Part shown: piece by piece, positions 32,887 to 44,400 of the stretch | How the letters are laid out: the number at the start of each line of letters is the position of its first letter | How positions within the stretch are numbered: the first letter of the stretch is position 1 | Assembly: GCA_001661245.1 (NCBI GenBank) | Contig: KV454011.1 | Coordinates: 348,108-412,107 of the forward strand | Direction: 5' to 3' | DNA: 64,000 nucleotides | Origin: Pachysolen tannophilus NRRL Y-2460 | Lineage: Eukaryota | Made by a program: the position numbers and the translations under genes | The notes under the pieces: model-generated | Seen by the model: the letters and a program-made list of their open reading frames with translations, nothing else | Database searches by the model: none | What the model was told of the DNA's origin: nothing

Positions 32887-35103
32887 ATGAGTTCAGTAGA
32901 TGATTTAAAGAGTGGAGTGTACTCAGATAATACTGGCTCTTCATCTTCGACCTCATCTTTTCCTCAAGGAAACACCAGTTTTTCGTCTCATGCAAGTAGT
33001 TATCGGCAAGATGATAACGATTCTTTTCCGGATGATATTGAATTACAACATTTAATAGTTTCTGATAATAGTGATTCTAATAAGATTGGTAATTCTGATA
33101 ATTCTGATCCTGTTTTTGATGATGAATTTTCTTTGAATGAGTTTCTGCCGAGTTGGAATGTGCTTACTCCATGGGAAAAATTTAAATTTATTTGTTATAA
33201 ATTTTGGTATGGTCCAACAGATCCAGCAGATGATCCTCCTCAATTTAATAATTTATTTTTGAAAAAATTTGAATTAATACCATCAAAATTGAATCAATAT
33301 ATACCCAAGAGATTTAGAATATTAATTTTATTAGTCTACTTGGTGTTATGGTTTTTGCTTTGTTATTCAATATTACGACCTTCTTTAACATATGCAAGGA
33401 CATATCAAGAAGTTGATCCTGAAGATGGACTGTTGAAGACACACGATATTATTAGTTTATCATGTAATGATGAAAAATTTTTTTGGAAGGGGAAAAATGC
33501 AAAATGTGGATTAGATGCAAGAGACTGTAAACCATTTACAGATAGAGAAGTTGTATTTAGTTGTCCTGCATTGTGTGATAGAGGTAGTTGGACTTATTCG
33601 TCTATTCCAATTGGTGATCAAAGTATCAAATATAGAGGTTATTTTGTTGGAGGTGGTGAATTATCTCTGCAAGATAGATCAAAAGATAATAATAATGAAG
33701 TATTAACGTATCCTTATAGAGCTGATTCTTTCCCCTGCGGCGCAGCAATTCATTCAGGTATCCTTTCACCTTTCCTTGGTGGATGTGCAAAGATATCATA
33801 TACTGGAGGGCAACTGAGTTTTCCTTCTAAACCTGGTCATTATGGTGTAGATGATTCCATTGAGTTTAATACTTTTTTCCCAGCATCGTATGTTTTCATG
33901 AGTGTTCCAAATGCATTCAATTGTTATGATCCTAGATTATTAATTGTTTTAATTAATTTCATACTTGGTGGTCCTGTAATGTATTTTTGTTCTGGATTTG
34001 TTGCATTTTGGATTATTACCATAGTTGCATTTTGGACAATTTGTCTTGCTTTAGATCCACCTTTAATTGTAAATCCATTGGATCCAGAGAGCTTGCCATC
34101 GTTGATCTCTTTAGGGCTAGAAAGACTTTTACCTTCGCTTTTCATATTATATGTCCTCTGGCATTTTGCAATTGGTAATACTCTATCTGATCCACCCAAA
34201 GAATCACAAAAACATGGCTCACCATTATCGAAATTGATTTTATGGTATCCTTTATTTTGGCTTGGAATATTGAATAATGTAACTTTTGACAGGTTACCTG
34301 TCGACAGGTTAACCATCCAAGATATTAAAGAACAACCGGGATCACTTTCTGCAATTGTTGGAATACTGGGGTTGATTATTACCTGTGCTGTAATACAAGC
34401 ATATAGGCTCTGGCTCACAGGTTATTTGAGAAAATATGTATATTTATATTTATCATTCATAGCACTTTTGATATTCATATCTCAATTGAAAGGACTAACA
34501 CTTAGAGTTCATCATTATATATTGGCAATGCTCTTGATTCCTGGAACTGGGACAAAAGGTCTTTCTGCTATGCTTTTCCAAGGACTTCTTGTGGGACTAT
34601 TCCTCAGTGGAGCATCTCGTTGGGGGCTAGATAGTATTGCAGAGACAACAAGAGCTCTTAGAAGATCTGACCCTGGAGGAACTGTTGAGCCTCCTGTATT
34701 TGTTCAATTTGATAATGATTCTAAAACATTGAGTTGGAAAGATGAAGACGGATTTGACTTGCCAGGTATAGTTGATGGTGTGATGCAACACCCTAATGAC
34801 GAGTTGAATGGATATTCATTATTGATTAATGATGTAGAACGCTATAAAGGAGATGAACTGAGTTTAAATATTTCCAAGTTAATTGATAGTAATGAAGAAT
34901 TTGCTGACTTATTATCAATGGCTTTTGCAAAAATTGGTTCAGAAAATGGAGAAATAAATACTGATGCTAATGGTGATATAGATTTATATTTAAGAATATC
35001 TCGTGCTTCTACGCATAGTGGCAAGCGTAGCGATTATACAAGAGCAGGTATTTTGAAATGGCCTAGTGGGGAGTTTATAAAACCTAAAAAGGGTGTTACA
35101 TGA
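32887..35103 (+). CDS. Multi-pass membrane protein with LCCL domain
   Basis: FWKGKNAKCGLD..C.PF, CPA.C, YRADSFPCGAAIHSG...GGC (LCCL), several TM helices, LRVHHYILA. Confidence 0.88.
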   Translation: MSSVDDLKSGVYSDNTGSSSSTSSFPQGNTSFSSHASSYRQDDNDSFPDDIELQHLIVSDNSDSNKIGNSDNSDPVFDDEFSLNEFLPSWNVLTPWEKFKFICYKFWYGPTDPADDPPQFNNLFLKKFELIPSKLNQYIPKRFRILILLVYLVLWFLLCYSILRPSLTYARTYQEVDPEDGLLKTHDIISLSCNDEKFFWKGKNAKCGLDARDCKPFTDREVVFSCPALCDRGSWTYSSIPIGDQSIKYRGYFVGGGELSLQDRSKDNNNEVLTYPYRADSFPCGAAIHSGILSPFLGGCAKISYTGGQLSFPSKPGHYGVDDSIEFNTFFPASYVFMSVPNAFNCYDPRLLIVLINFILGGPVMYFCSGFVAFWIITIVAFWTICLALDPPLIVNPLDPESLPSLISLGLERLLPSLFILYVLWHFAIGNTLSDPPKESQKHGSPLSKLILWYPLFWLGILNNVTFDRLPVDRLTIQDIKEQPGSLSAIVGILGLIITCAVIQAYRLWLTGYLRKYVYLYLSFIALLIFISQLKGLTLRVHHYILAMLLIPGTGTKGLSAMLFQGLLVGLFLSGASRWGLDSIAETTRALRRSDPGGTVEPPVFVQFDNDSKTLSWKDEDGFDLPGIVDGVMQHPNDELNGYSLLINDVERYKGDELSLNISKLIDSNEEFADLLSMAFAKIGSENGEINTDANGDIDLYLRISRASTHSGKRSDYTRAGILKWPSGEFIKPKKGVT

Positions 35104-35532
35104 ATAATTCTTATAGGTGAATTTAACGATAATCAGTTTTTTCATTGTTTTCGTTAAAAGACAAATTTTTAATTAGTTATTTTATTCTTAAAGAGATTTA
35201 TGTTTTTTGTTTTGTTAATAAATTTATTTAAAACTTTGGTATATTAACAGCATTCATGAAAACTTTAACACAACTTGGAAAAAAAAACATATATAAAAAA
35301 GATTAAAGGGTATTAAGACCTAAGAGAGAATTTTAACAAAAAAAAAGCAACAGGAATTTTTGATGTTGCAAAAGAACAAGATAAAAACTGAAAACCCAAC
35401 TCAACAACATTATTTTAAAACAAAAAAGATTTTTCAAAAAAAAAAAAGGAAAATAAAATAAAATAAAATAAAATAAAAAAATAACACTCAAACAATAAAA
35501 CAAAATGAACAAAAATCTCTAAATTTAAATTT

Positions 35533-36975
35533 TTAATATTCAACATCGCCAGCTTCATTTTCAAATGAATCAGCACCAACTTCTAAATAATCTTGTTGTA
35601 AAGCGGCCAAATCTTCTCTGGCTTCAGTGAATTCACCTTCTTCCATACCTTCACCTACATACCAATGAACAAATGCTCTTTTCTTATACATTAGATCGAA
35701 TTTTTCAGTTAATCTTGACCAAGCATCACCAATGGCAGTAGTATTACTTAACATACAAACAGCTCTGTTTGTAGCTGCCATATCACTATCTGGAACAAAT
35801 TGAGGTGGTTGATGGCAAATACCTATTTTAAAACCAGTTGGACACCAATCAACTAATTGAACAGTTTTTCTAGATTTTATTGAAGCAACAGCTTGTTGAA
35901 CATCTCTATTTACGACATCACCACGATATAAAAGACATGTTGCCATATACTTACCCAGTTTTTGATCACATTTGACCATTTGATTAGTTGGTTCAAAACA
36001 AGCATTTGTAATTTCCATTACTGATGAAGATTCATGATGAGCTTTTGCTTGAGATAATACAGGAGCATAAGAAACCAATGGGAAATGAATTCTTGGGTAT
36101 GGAACTAAATTTGTTTGAAATTCATTTAAATCAACATTTAATGATCCACTAAATCTTAATGAAGCGGTTACTGATGAAACAACTTGAGCAATCATTCTAT
36201 TTAAATTTTCTAAACTTGGTCTTGTAATATCCAAATTTCTACGACACATATCATAAATAGCTTCATTATCAACCATAAAAGTACAATCTGAATGATCCAA
36301 AGTTGTATGAGTTGTTAATACAGAATTATAAGGTTCTACTACTGATGTTGAAACTTTTGGACCAGGATAAACAGCAAATTCCAATTTTGATTTTTTACCA
36401 TATTCAATTGATAATTGTTCTAATAATAAAGCACCAAAACCTGATCCAGTACCACCACCAAAAGAATGGGTGAATAAAAACCCTTGTAATCCACCACAGT
36501 TATCAGCCATTTTCCTAATTCTATCCATAACTGGTTCAATCAACTCTTTACCAACGGTATAATGACCTCTTGCATAATTATTAGCAGCATCTTCCTTACC
36601 GGTGATTAATTGTTCTGGATGAAATAATTCTTTATATTTACCTGTTCTTATTTCATCCACAACGTTTGGTTCCAAATCAACATATAAAGTACGTGGAACA
36701 TATTTTCCAGAACCTAAAAATTAAAAAAAATAAAAATTAGTATCTTCACATATAGATAAATAAATATTTATAAAGGCGTTAAATCATCCACCTATTTCTT
36801 ACATACCTGTTTCGCTGAAAAAAGTACTAAACCCTTCCTCACCAATAGGCGCAGATAGCCCATCTGCCAAATAACCAGATGGATTAATACCATGTTCCAA
36901 GCAATATAATTCCCAACAAGAATTACCTATTTGACAACCAGCCTGGCCGACATTTACTGAAATAACCTCGCGCAT
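35533..36975 (-). CDS. TUB1: Alpha-tubulin; exon 1 36975-36807, intron 36806-36714, exon 2 36713-35533
   Basis: [18 protein letters not shown]; the intron GTATGT...TACTAAT...TAG restores [19 protein letters not shown]-terminal ...DVEY. Confidence 0.97.
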
Positions 36976-38605
36976 TCCTTTGAAAAAAAAAAAAAATTTC
37001 AACTCTAATACAAATAGGTCACTAAAAAAAACACAAGCACCGTAGTATTCAATAATAAAAAAAAAGGTAATATCCTATAAACCGCGATGGAAGTATAGTT
37101 TTCTCTATGTGTATTAATTTTAAATTTAACGGTATTAAAGTCGTTATCAATTGATTTACTGAGGACCTTATTGTGCCCTTATTGTTTACAAATAATAAAA
37201 TCGTAAACAAAAGAAAATTTTCTTTTTTTTTATTATTATTATTATTATATTACCCAATGCGGGTATTTGAGTCATGGATCCACGACCTGTGTTTTTGAAA
37301 AAAATATTAAAATGTAAAATGTAATGTGATCTTGATATCAGTGTGTGTTTCTGAGTGAGAGTTAATAATAGCCACTACAAGGCCATTCAGTGCCTGACTA
37401 TTTATTGATAAGGTCATAGATAGCAATCAATCATAAAATGGAAAGAAAAATAGAAAATTTCTCTGTAATTCTGTATCTCATTGCCTTTTGTTTTACAATT
37501 ATTGCTCATCAGATTAAGTCATATTTTTTTTTTTCTCTATTATTTCTATTATTTTTCTGATGGAATAAACTAGATTATAATTATTTATTTACATATCTTT
37601 TGGATAAATTACTTGCTTATAAGAAGAGAAGAAGAAAAAAAAGAAAGCATAGATTTTTCTCAAGCAATGAATGAATGAATGAAAAAAAAAATTAACATTT
37701 TCATTTTATCTTGGAAAACTAAACTCCGAGGATCACTGCGGGCTACGGAAAAGGGAAAAAGAAAAAAAAAAAAAAAGAATCTCGGAGTTTGGCTATCTAA
37801 GATCCGATTACATACGGGTACACATGCTTATGCTTTATCTATTAGTAAAAAAAAAACAAAAACAAAAAAACAAAAACAAAGACAAAAACATCAGCAATAG
37901 TAATAGCAATAGCAACAATAACAATAACAATAACAATGACGTTAATACTATTAATTATTAAATTATACTACTGATTTAATACATATCAAGATAAGATAAG
38001 ATGATGATCATCATCTCGTTTAATATTGATAGATTAAAATGAGTAATAAATACTTTTTTTTTTTTTTTTTTTTTTGCTTTTAGTTATCTTGTATAGTAGT
38101 AGTAATAAATTTTGTTTAGTATTAAATCTCAGACAAAACAAATTTATAGTGTAAACCCCATTTATTGGTATAATATAGCTGAAAAGTTTAAGGTCCACCC
38201 ATAAACAAAATTTTGTAAATAGAAAATAAAAGAAAAGAAAAGAAAAGAAGAAAAAAAAATCATAAGATTAATCGAATGAATGAATTATGAATACTTTGAT
38301 GAGTTAATTTTTTTAAAAGTTTTATTTCATCATTGATAAATCTGGAGTATTTTTTTTTTTGTGTTTTCTTGATATCATCTCTCCCCTTTTCTTTTTCTGG
38401 GTTAATTTATTTTAATTTACTTTTTTTTTTTTTTTCTTTTTATTTTTTTTATTTTTTTTTTTATCGCTGGTTAACTGTTAACCGTTTAATTCCATTTATT
38501 GGATATATCTTTATGGACTTGATTATTCTTTATATATGTGGCAAAGATAATCCCAATACTGATTATAAATTAAATGATTCTTTTTGTTTATAAATTAAAA
38601 AAATA

Positions 38606-40762
38606 ATGCAATCTTTGAGCAAGGTTAATAATAATAATAATAATAATAATGACAATGAGGTACAGCAATATCATTACCATCAGCATCAACAACAACAACA
38701 ACAACAACAACAACAAAAAGATTATCATGAGCCGAGAAATAAGATTTCAACCAAGAATCTAGTTATACCACAGTCATCATCACAGAAACCGCCATTATCA
38801 TTAGCTTTTTTACAAAAACCTTCTAGATCAAATTCAGATACAGAAACAAGGGAATTTGAAAAATTAATACATGAAAATACATTGAAAAATAGAAATCGAT
38901 TGGAATTAAATACCAATCAAGATCCATTATCATCTCTGGAGATATCTCCAACTTCTTCTCCAATAGATGAGACGGCTCAGACAGTTTTTGTCAATGATCA
39001 ATTTAATGATGATAAAGAAGAATTTGATGAAGATATGGAAGATATGCCTCCATTGGTTAGGAAAAAAAGTGGAGAATTGGTTAAATCATCACTTAAAAGA
39101 TATAGTTTTTCTTCAAAGAAAAAAAATCATTCAAGATCAAAATCTTTGCCAACAACTCCAACTTTTAATAAACAAGTCCATTTTGATATTGATCAAAGTA
39201 ATTTATTAGTAGATGTAAGATATTTTGATGAAACAGATATACCAACGGCAATTTCGGAAACAAATTCACCCACTTCAAATCATAATGGAATTTTTGTTAA
39301 TGATTATTTTCAACGGCGTCATAATGCATTCAACGATTTATATGCTACAACTAGTAATTATTATGATGATGATGATTATGATGAAAATGCTATAGAAGAT
39401 GATCTTGATGCAACAACAGCTGCAGTGGCTGCATTACCATTATTTAACAACAACAATAATAATAAGAAAAAAATAACTTTTCCTCAACTGCATAATCAGA
39501 ACAAAAATCAAAACGGAAATTGGAAATTAACATTATTAAATTTTCCAAAATTATCATCCATAGAAAGATTTAAATTTAATCCAATTGTTTTCTTGGAAAA
39601 TTTAAATATTGATAATAAAAAAGAAAATTTAGTAGGTCATGTTGCAGTTAAAAATTTGGCTTTCCAAAAAAATGTTATTGTAAAATATACTTTGGATAGT
39701 TGGAAAACTATAACAGAGATTGAATCTTATTATATAAATGGAAAATCAAGTATATTGGGAAAACATGGTTATGATAGGTTTGAATTTAAAATCCCATTAG
39801 TAACTTTATTTCATAATACAATCAGAAGAGTTTATGCTTCTTCTATTGATACTTGTAGTTGTTTCCAATTATGCATTAAATATACTACACTTGGTCAAGA
39901 TTTTTGGGATAATAATAATTATGCAAATTTTAAAGTAGAATTACACAAGATGCAACAAAATACCGATCGTGATAACTTACAACCAGAAAATCAAAAACAT
40001 TTACATTATTCGTCAAAATATTTGAAAAATAAAAAGAAAAAAGAGCTGAATAATGATAATGATGATGATTTCTTAAAAACACCAAGATCCCTCAATCACA
40101 GTCCTTCGTTTCCATTTCTGACTTCTTCCTTTAGTTCAAATACATCATCACCACCTATTTTCAAAGAGCATTATTCCCCAATAGAGTTGAATCCTAAAAA
40201 TAAGCAAACTATTCCTTTAGAACTGATTCCAACTAGTTTATATGTAACGACAGCTTCAAGTGGTAATGAAAAACCTTTATCACTTAATTCCCCACCAGAT
40301 GAAAATGCTGAACCTTTAAAGAAAACACTGAAGAGTTTTAACAATGACAATTTTTTAAAAGATCATTCATTATTACTCAATAAAAACAAAAAAAGTAACG
40401 ACATAAATCCAGAAAAATATTCAGGTTCTAATAAACCTTCTATTGATTCTAAATCATATAAAGAATTGGTTGAAAATTATTGTTTTTTCCAAGGCCCTAG
40501 TCCAATTTTTGCAACATTGAATAACGTTAACAAGGAAACACTGAAAATTCCACTCAATAATAATAATATTAATAATGATGATAATAATAACAATGCTTCT
40601 GCAAACAAGACATTTCCACTCGATTTTTCAAATAAATCAAATATGTATGGTTATAATAGTAATGCGGACCCTAGAGGACTTGAAAAATCTTCTTCTTCTG
40701 CCACTGTTGTATCAGACACATTTGGCACTGCAGGTAGCAATCGCTTTAGCGAAAACAAGTAA
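38606..40762 (+). CDS. Glc7/PP1 glycogen-targeting subunit with CBM21 (Gac1/Gip2/Pig-like)
   Basis: RKKSGELVKSSLK, RSKSLPTTP, RVxF-type KQVHF, CBM21 motifs VAVKNLAFQK, TLDSWKT, YDRFEF, WDNNNYANF. Confidence 0.9.
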   Translation: MQSLSKVNNNNNNNNDNEVQQYHYHQHQQQQQQQQQQKDYHEPRNKISTKNLVIPQSSSQKPPLSLAFLQKPSRSNSDTETREFEKLIHENTLKNRNRLELNTNQDPLSSLEISPTSSPIDETAQTVFVNDQFNDDKEEFDEDMEDMPPLVRKKSGELVKSSLKRYSFSSKKKNHSRSKSLPTTPTFNKQVHFDIDQSNLLVDVRYFDETDIPTAISETNSPTSNHNGIFVNDYFQRRHNAFNDLYATTSNYYDDDDYDENAIEDDLDATTAAVAALPLFNNNNNNKKKITFPQLHNQNKNQNGNWKLTLLNFPKLSSIERFKFNPIVFLENLNIDNKKENLVGHVAVKNLAFQKNVIVKYTLDSWKTITEIESYYINGKSSILGKHGYDRFEFKIPLVTLFHNTIRRVYASSIDTCSCFQLCIKYTTLGQDFWDNNNYANFKVELHKMQQNTDRDNLQPENQKHLHYSSKYLKNKKKKELNNDNDDDFLKTPRSLNHSPSFPFLTSSFSSNTSSPPIFKEHYSPIELNPKNKQTIPLELIPTSLYVTTASSGNEKPLSLNSPPDENAEPLKKTLKSFNNDNFLKDHSLLLNKNKKSNDINPEKYSGSNKPSIDSKSYKELVENYCFFQGPSPIFATLNNVNKETLKIPLNNNNINNDDNNNNASANKTFPLDFSNKSNMYGYNSNADPRGLEKSSSSATVVSDTFGTAGSNRFSENK

Positions 40763-41444
40763 GGAGAATAATATTTGCAAATTCAAAACTTTGATATTCA
40801 TCGAACATAATATTATAGCGAATAATGCATTTTAAAAATTGTGATTAAAAGTTTTATTCCATTTTATAACTCAGGAAAATGTACCAAAAAGTCAAAATCC
40901 TTGTTCTATATATTCATGCATTCGTTTTTTTTTTCTTTTTCTTTTCTTTTTTTTCTAAAAAAAAAATAACTTTTGTTTTAAGTTTATTTTTCATTATCAA
41001 TTTCATGAATTGAATTGTGTGTTATTGTTTGTCTTACATAGTGATGAAGTAACGACTGCTTATACTCTACTGGTTTGTATTACACCTGAAAATGTACTTC
41101 TAATTAACTCCATCCTAATACAACAACTTTGGTCCAAGTTACAGCTTTGATTTGGAAACAATCTCTGGTTAAAGTTAAACTCAACTCAAATCAACCGGAT
41201 ACCTCTCTATCTTTACCCCCAATGATACCCCTTAATTTAAAACAAGTAGTGTACACAGTGTACAAAATCCATTTTAGGAAATTGCAAAATTTTTATCAAA
41301 AAAAAAAAAAAAAAAAAATTTTAACAAGACGAGCTCTGTAGGATCCTGTTTGTTTCTTATTGAATGTTGTATTAGTTATTAAGATTTTTGAAGAAGTAGG
41401 ATTTCCTATTATAATTAGGTGTTGCTATTGCTGAAGGGTGAATA

Positions 41445-44400
41445 ATGGGAAAACAAAAGAAAACTACCAATTCCGGTAGAAGGTTTGTCTATTCTTCTTT
41501 TAGAGAGAGAATAGATGCCATCAAAATCAATAAACCATTATCTAGGAAATCAAATAACGGCGGTAGCGCCCGTGAAGTAGAGATATCAAATTTTTACAAT
41601 AGTTATGAACATTGGAAGGAGATCAATGTTACTAGCAGTTTTGTGGAGTTCATTGATAAAAATGAGGGTTTGTTTCAAACTCTTGCGCAATTAATTTATC
41701 ACAAGGACAAAATTTTTAACGATTTAATTTTTTACTTGACAAAGGAAAAAAATGTTGAATTGACATATCAACCACTATTGGATTTATTATCACAATTTGT
41801 TCATGATTTAGGGGAAGATTTTTATGTGGATTATTACCAGAAGACTATAAATGTGCTCATCGAATTATCAATTATACATTTTGAGAATTCTAATATATTG
41901 GAGTGGATATTCAATTGTATGAGTTTTATATTTAAATTTACTGCATCTATATTATGTGAAAATTTAGTTGAAACTTTTGAATTATTATTGCCACTTTTGA
42001 AAATGAAAAATGCCAAAAGTCATTTACAGAGATTTTCCTCGGAATCTTTATCATTTTTAATTAGGAAAATTCCAACAAAGTCATTGAAGAATTTTATGGA
42101 AAAATCTTTTGAAATTTATGATACAAAGGAAAATGGTGAATTAGGTAACGCTTTGGTAATAATATACTCAGAATCGATCAAAAGTGTGAGTAATACTTTG
42201 CATAGTAAATCTCCAGTGATATTGGCTAATTTAGTGGAATTTGCAACTGAAAGTTCAATACGGAAAAACACAGTTGTTTGTGAAATACTATTAAATATTA
42301 TCAATTATGCTTCACCAGAATCTTTAACTGAGATATATGAGTTAGTTTTGAACATATTGAGTAATAGAATAGATAATGGAGGAAATAAATTTTTAATCTC
42401 AAAAAATTTAATCTCTCTTGTATTCTCACAAAGTGGGAAAAAAATAACGAATTGGAATTTAATATTACAAGTCACGGAAAAATTAATGGAATCTTCTGAA
42501 GATTGTGATAATGAGTTACATAAATCAATAACTTATCTTTTGGTATTGATAATGCGGAATTGTGATTTACAAGAATTGACAAAGTTTCATGTTAAAATAT
42601 TCAAATACGTTTTAAGCTCAAGAAATGGTGATTTATTTTTACCTTTTATCGACTCAGGATTGATGATGGTAAGAGATCGTACTATTTTATTTGGAAATAA
42701 ATACTTACAGGACTTCATTAAAAATAATTTCACAACACAAAGGGTAAAATTAGCATATTTCTTAACAAAGTGGGACAATGACTCCAAAAGTTCGGGATCT
42801 GATAAAAATTTTGACATTGTCATACCGTATGAATTAAATCAAACTATCAAACTAGAATTAGCTGAAATCAAAGATATCAGTGATACCAATGCCTTAAAGG
42901 AAATTTATTGGAGATTACTCATTTTGAAAAATAGTGAACAACTTGAAAATTCCGATGACTTAATCAACATCTTGAGAAATATTCTTGTTGGCAAAACTAT
43001 TTCTGAATTTGGTCAAGATGTAGTCGGTTTATTATTGCAAGTTTTATCAGATCAGACTTTTGACTCTAAGACAATAGTTTTTAAAGATTTAATTGCTAAA
43101 AATTTTTCAAAATTTCATAAATCATCTTATTTCTTGAAGGGATTACAATTATTTTTGGAAAAAATGGATGATCATCTCTTCTTTGAGAAAAACAGAAATT
43201 TTTTTCAAAATGAATTCTTACTCGAAGTTGCTGAAAACCTTTCTTTGCCATCTCATGAAATCCGTTATTTATCGTTATCAATAATATTGACCACATTGAA
43301 TAGACTTTCAATCGAGATTTCTCCATTAATTTCTCAATGCCATCTTATTGAAGATATACCTCTTACTTTGGAAAATGGCCGTGACATACAGTTACGGGTA
43401 AGGAATTTAAGTTTAGAGTATCAAAAGAGCTCAATAGACAATTTAGTTTCAAATGTGGTACCGAGATATTTGATTGGTTTATTAAGTGCTAAATTCAGCC
43501 CTGCTTGGCAAGCTTCCAATGAAGCTATCAAAAATATCAGTGGTAAGAGTAGTGATATAATTTGGAAGTTATGCCATGATTTACTTATCAACGATTACAG
43601 TTCTAATCAAGAAACTGAATCCTATACTAGCGAAGAAGATATGAATTTTGATATAGATTACGATGAATGGCTTATATTTGATTACAGATTAAAAGACAAT
43701 TTTTCTGCGGTTTATAAAATTTTCAGTGATTATTCGAATGTGGATCTTTCTGTTGTTGATTATATGAAAAATGAGAGGGCTAAATTTGATTATAGTGAAA
43801 CGATGAGGTCGCAAATTATCAAGTTATTGATTAATATTCCTGATGTAGCAGAAAGAAATGCAGAAGCATTAGTACCGCTAATGTTACACGAAGCTTCAAC
43901 TGATGATGAAGGGGACGAAGAAGTTGACGTAGAACCATCATCCACCAATTGGTCTTTGAAAGATAGAAATTTATTGCTCGAATTATTTCAAGAATTCAAA
44001 AATTTGAACAATATTTACAGATCCAGCGATGTCTATAACCATTTATTAGTATTGCTAAGCAATAGATCTTCTCATGTACAAAGGTTATCGTTGAACTGTA
44101 TATTAAAGTACAAGAATAAGCATGTTTTTAAATATAGGGACAATCTTTTAAATCTTTTGGATGATAATCTGTTTAGAGATGAAGTCACAAAATTTGTTAC
44201 TCAGGATAGTGAAATCAATCAAATAGAAGCTGAAGACGTTGAATTTATTATGCCATTGGTTCTAAGAATATTATATGGTAGGGCTCAAACAGTGAGGGCA
44301 GGTGGAGTGAAGCAAGGTAGAAGATTTGCTGTCTTCAATATATTACCGAACTTGAAAAATGAACATATAATAGAGTTCTTGAAATTAGGCTCGAGTATGA

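Noticed and set aside
37250..37400. Relatively GC-rich patch with a small hairpin and CTGA boxes upstream of TUB1
   Set aside because: No proper box C or recognisable guide; more likely promoter sequence.
37679..38593. Short ORFs rich in poly-K/poly-F (also 2848-3196, 58009-58552)
   Set aside because: Derived from poly-A/T tracts and microsatellites in intergenic DNA.
41036..41096. Box C/D snoRNA-like pattern (GTGATGA...CTGA with TACAT/ATGTA stem)
   Set aside because: Only about 60 nt, non-canonical stem spacing, and no rRNA complementarity I can recognise; needs snoscan/Rfam.
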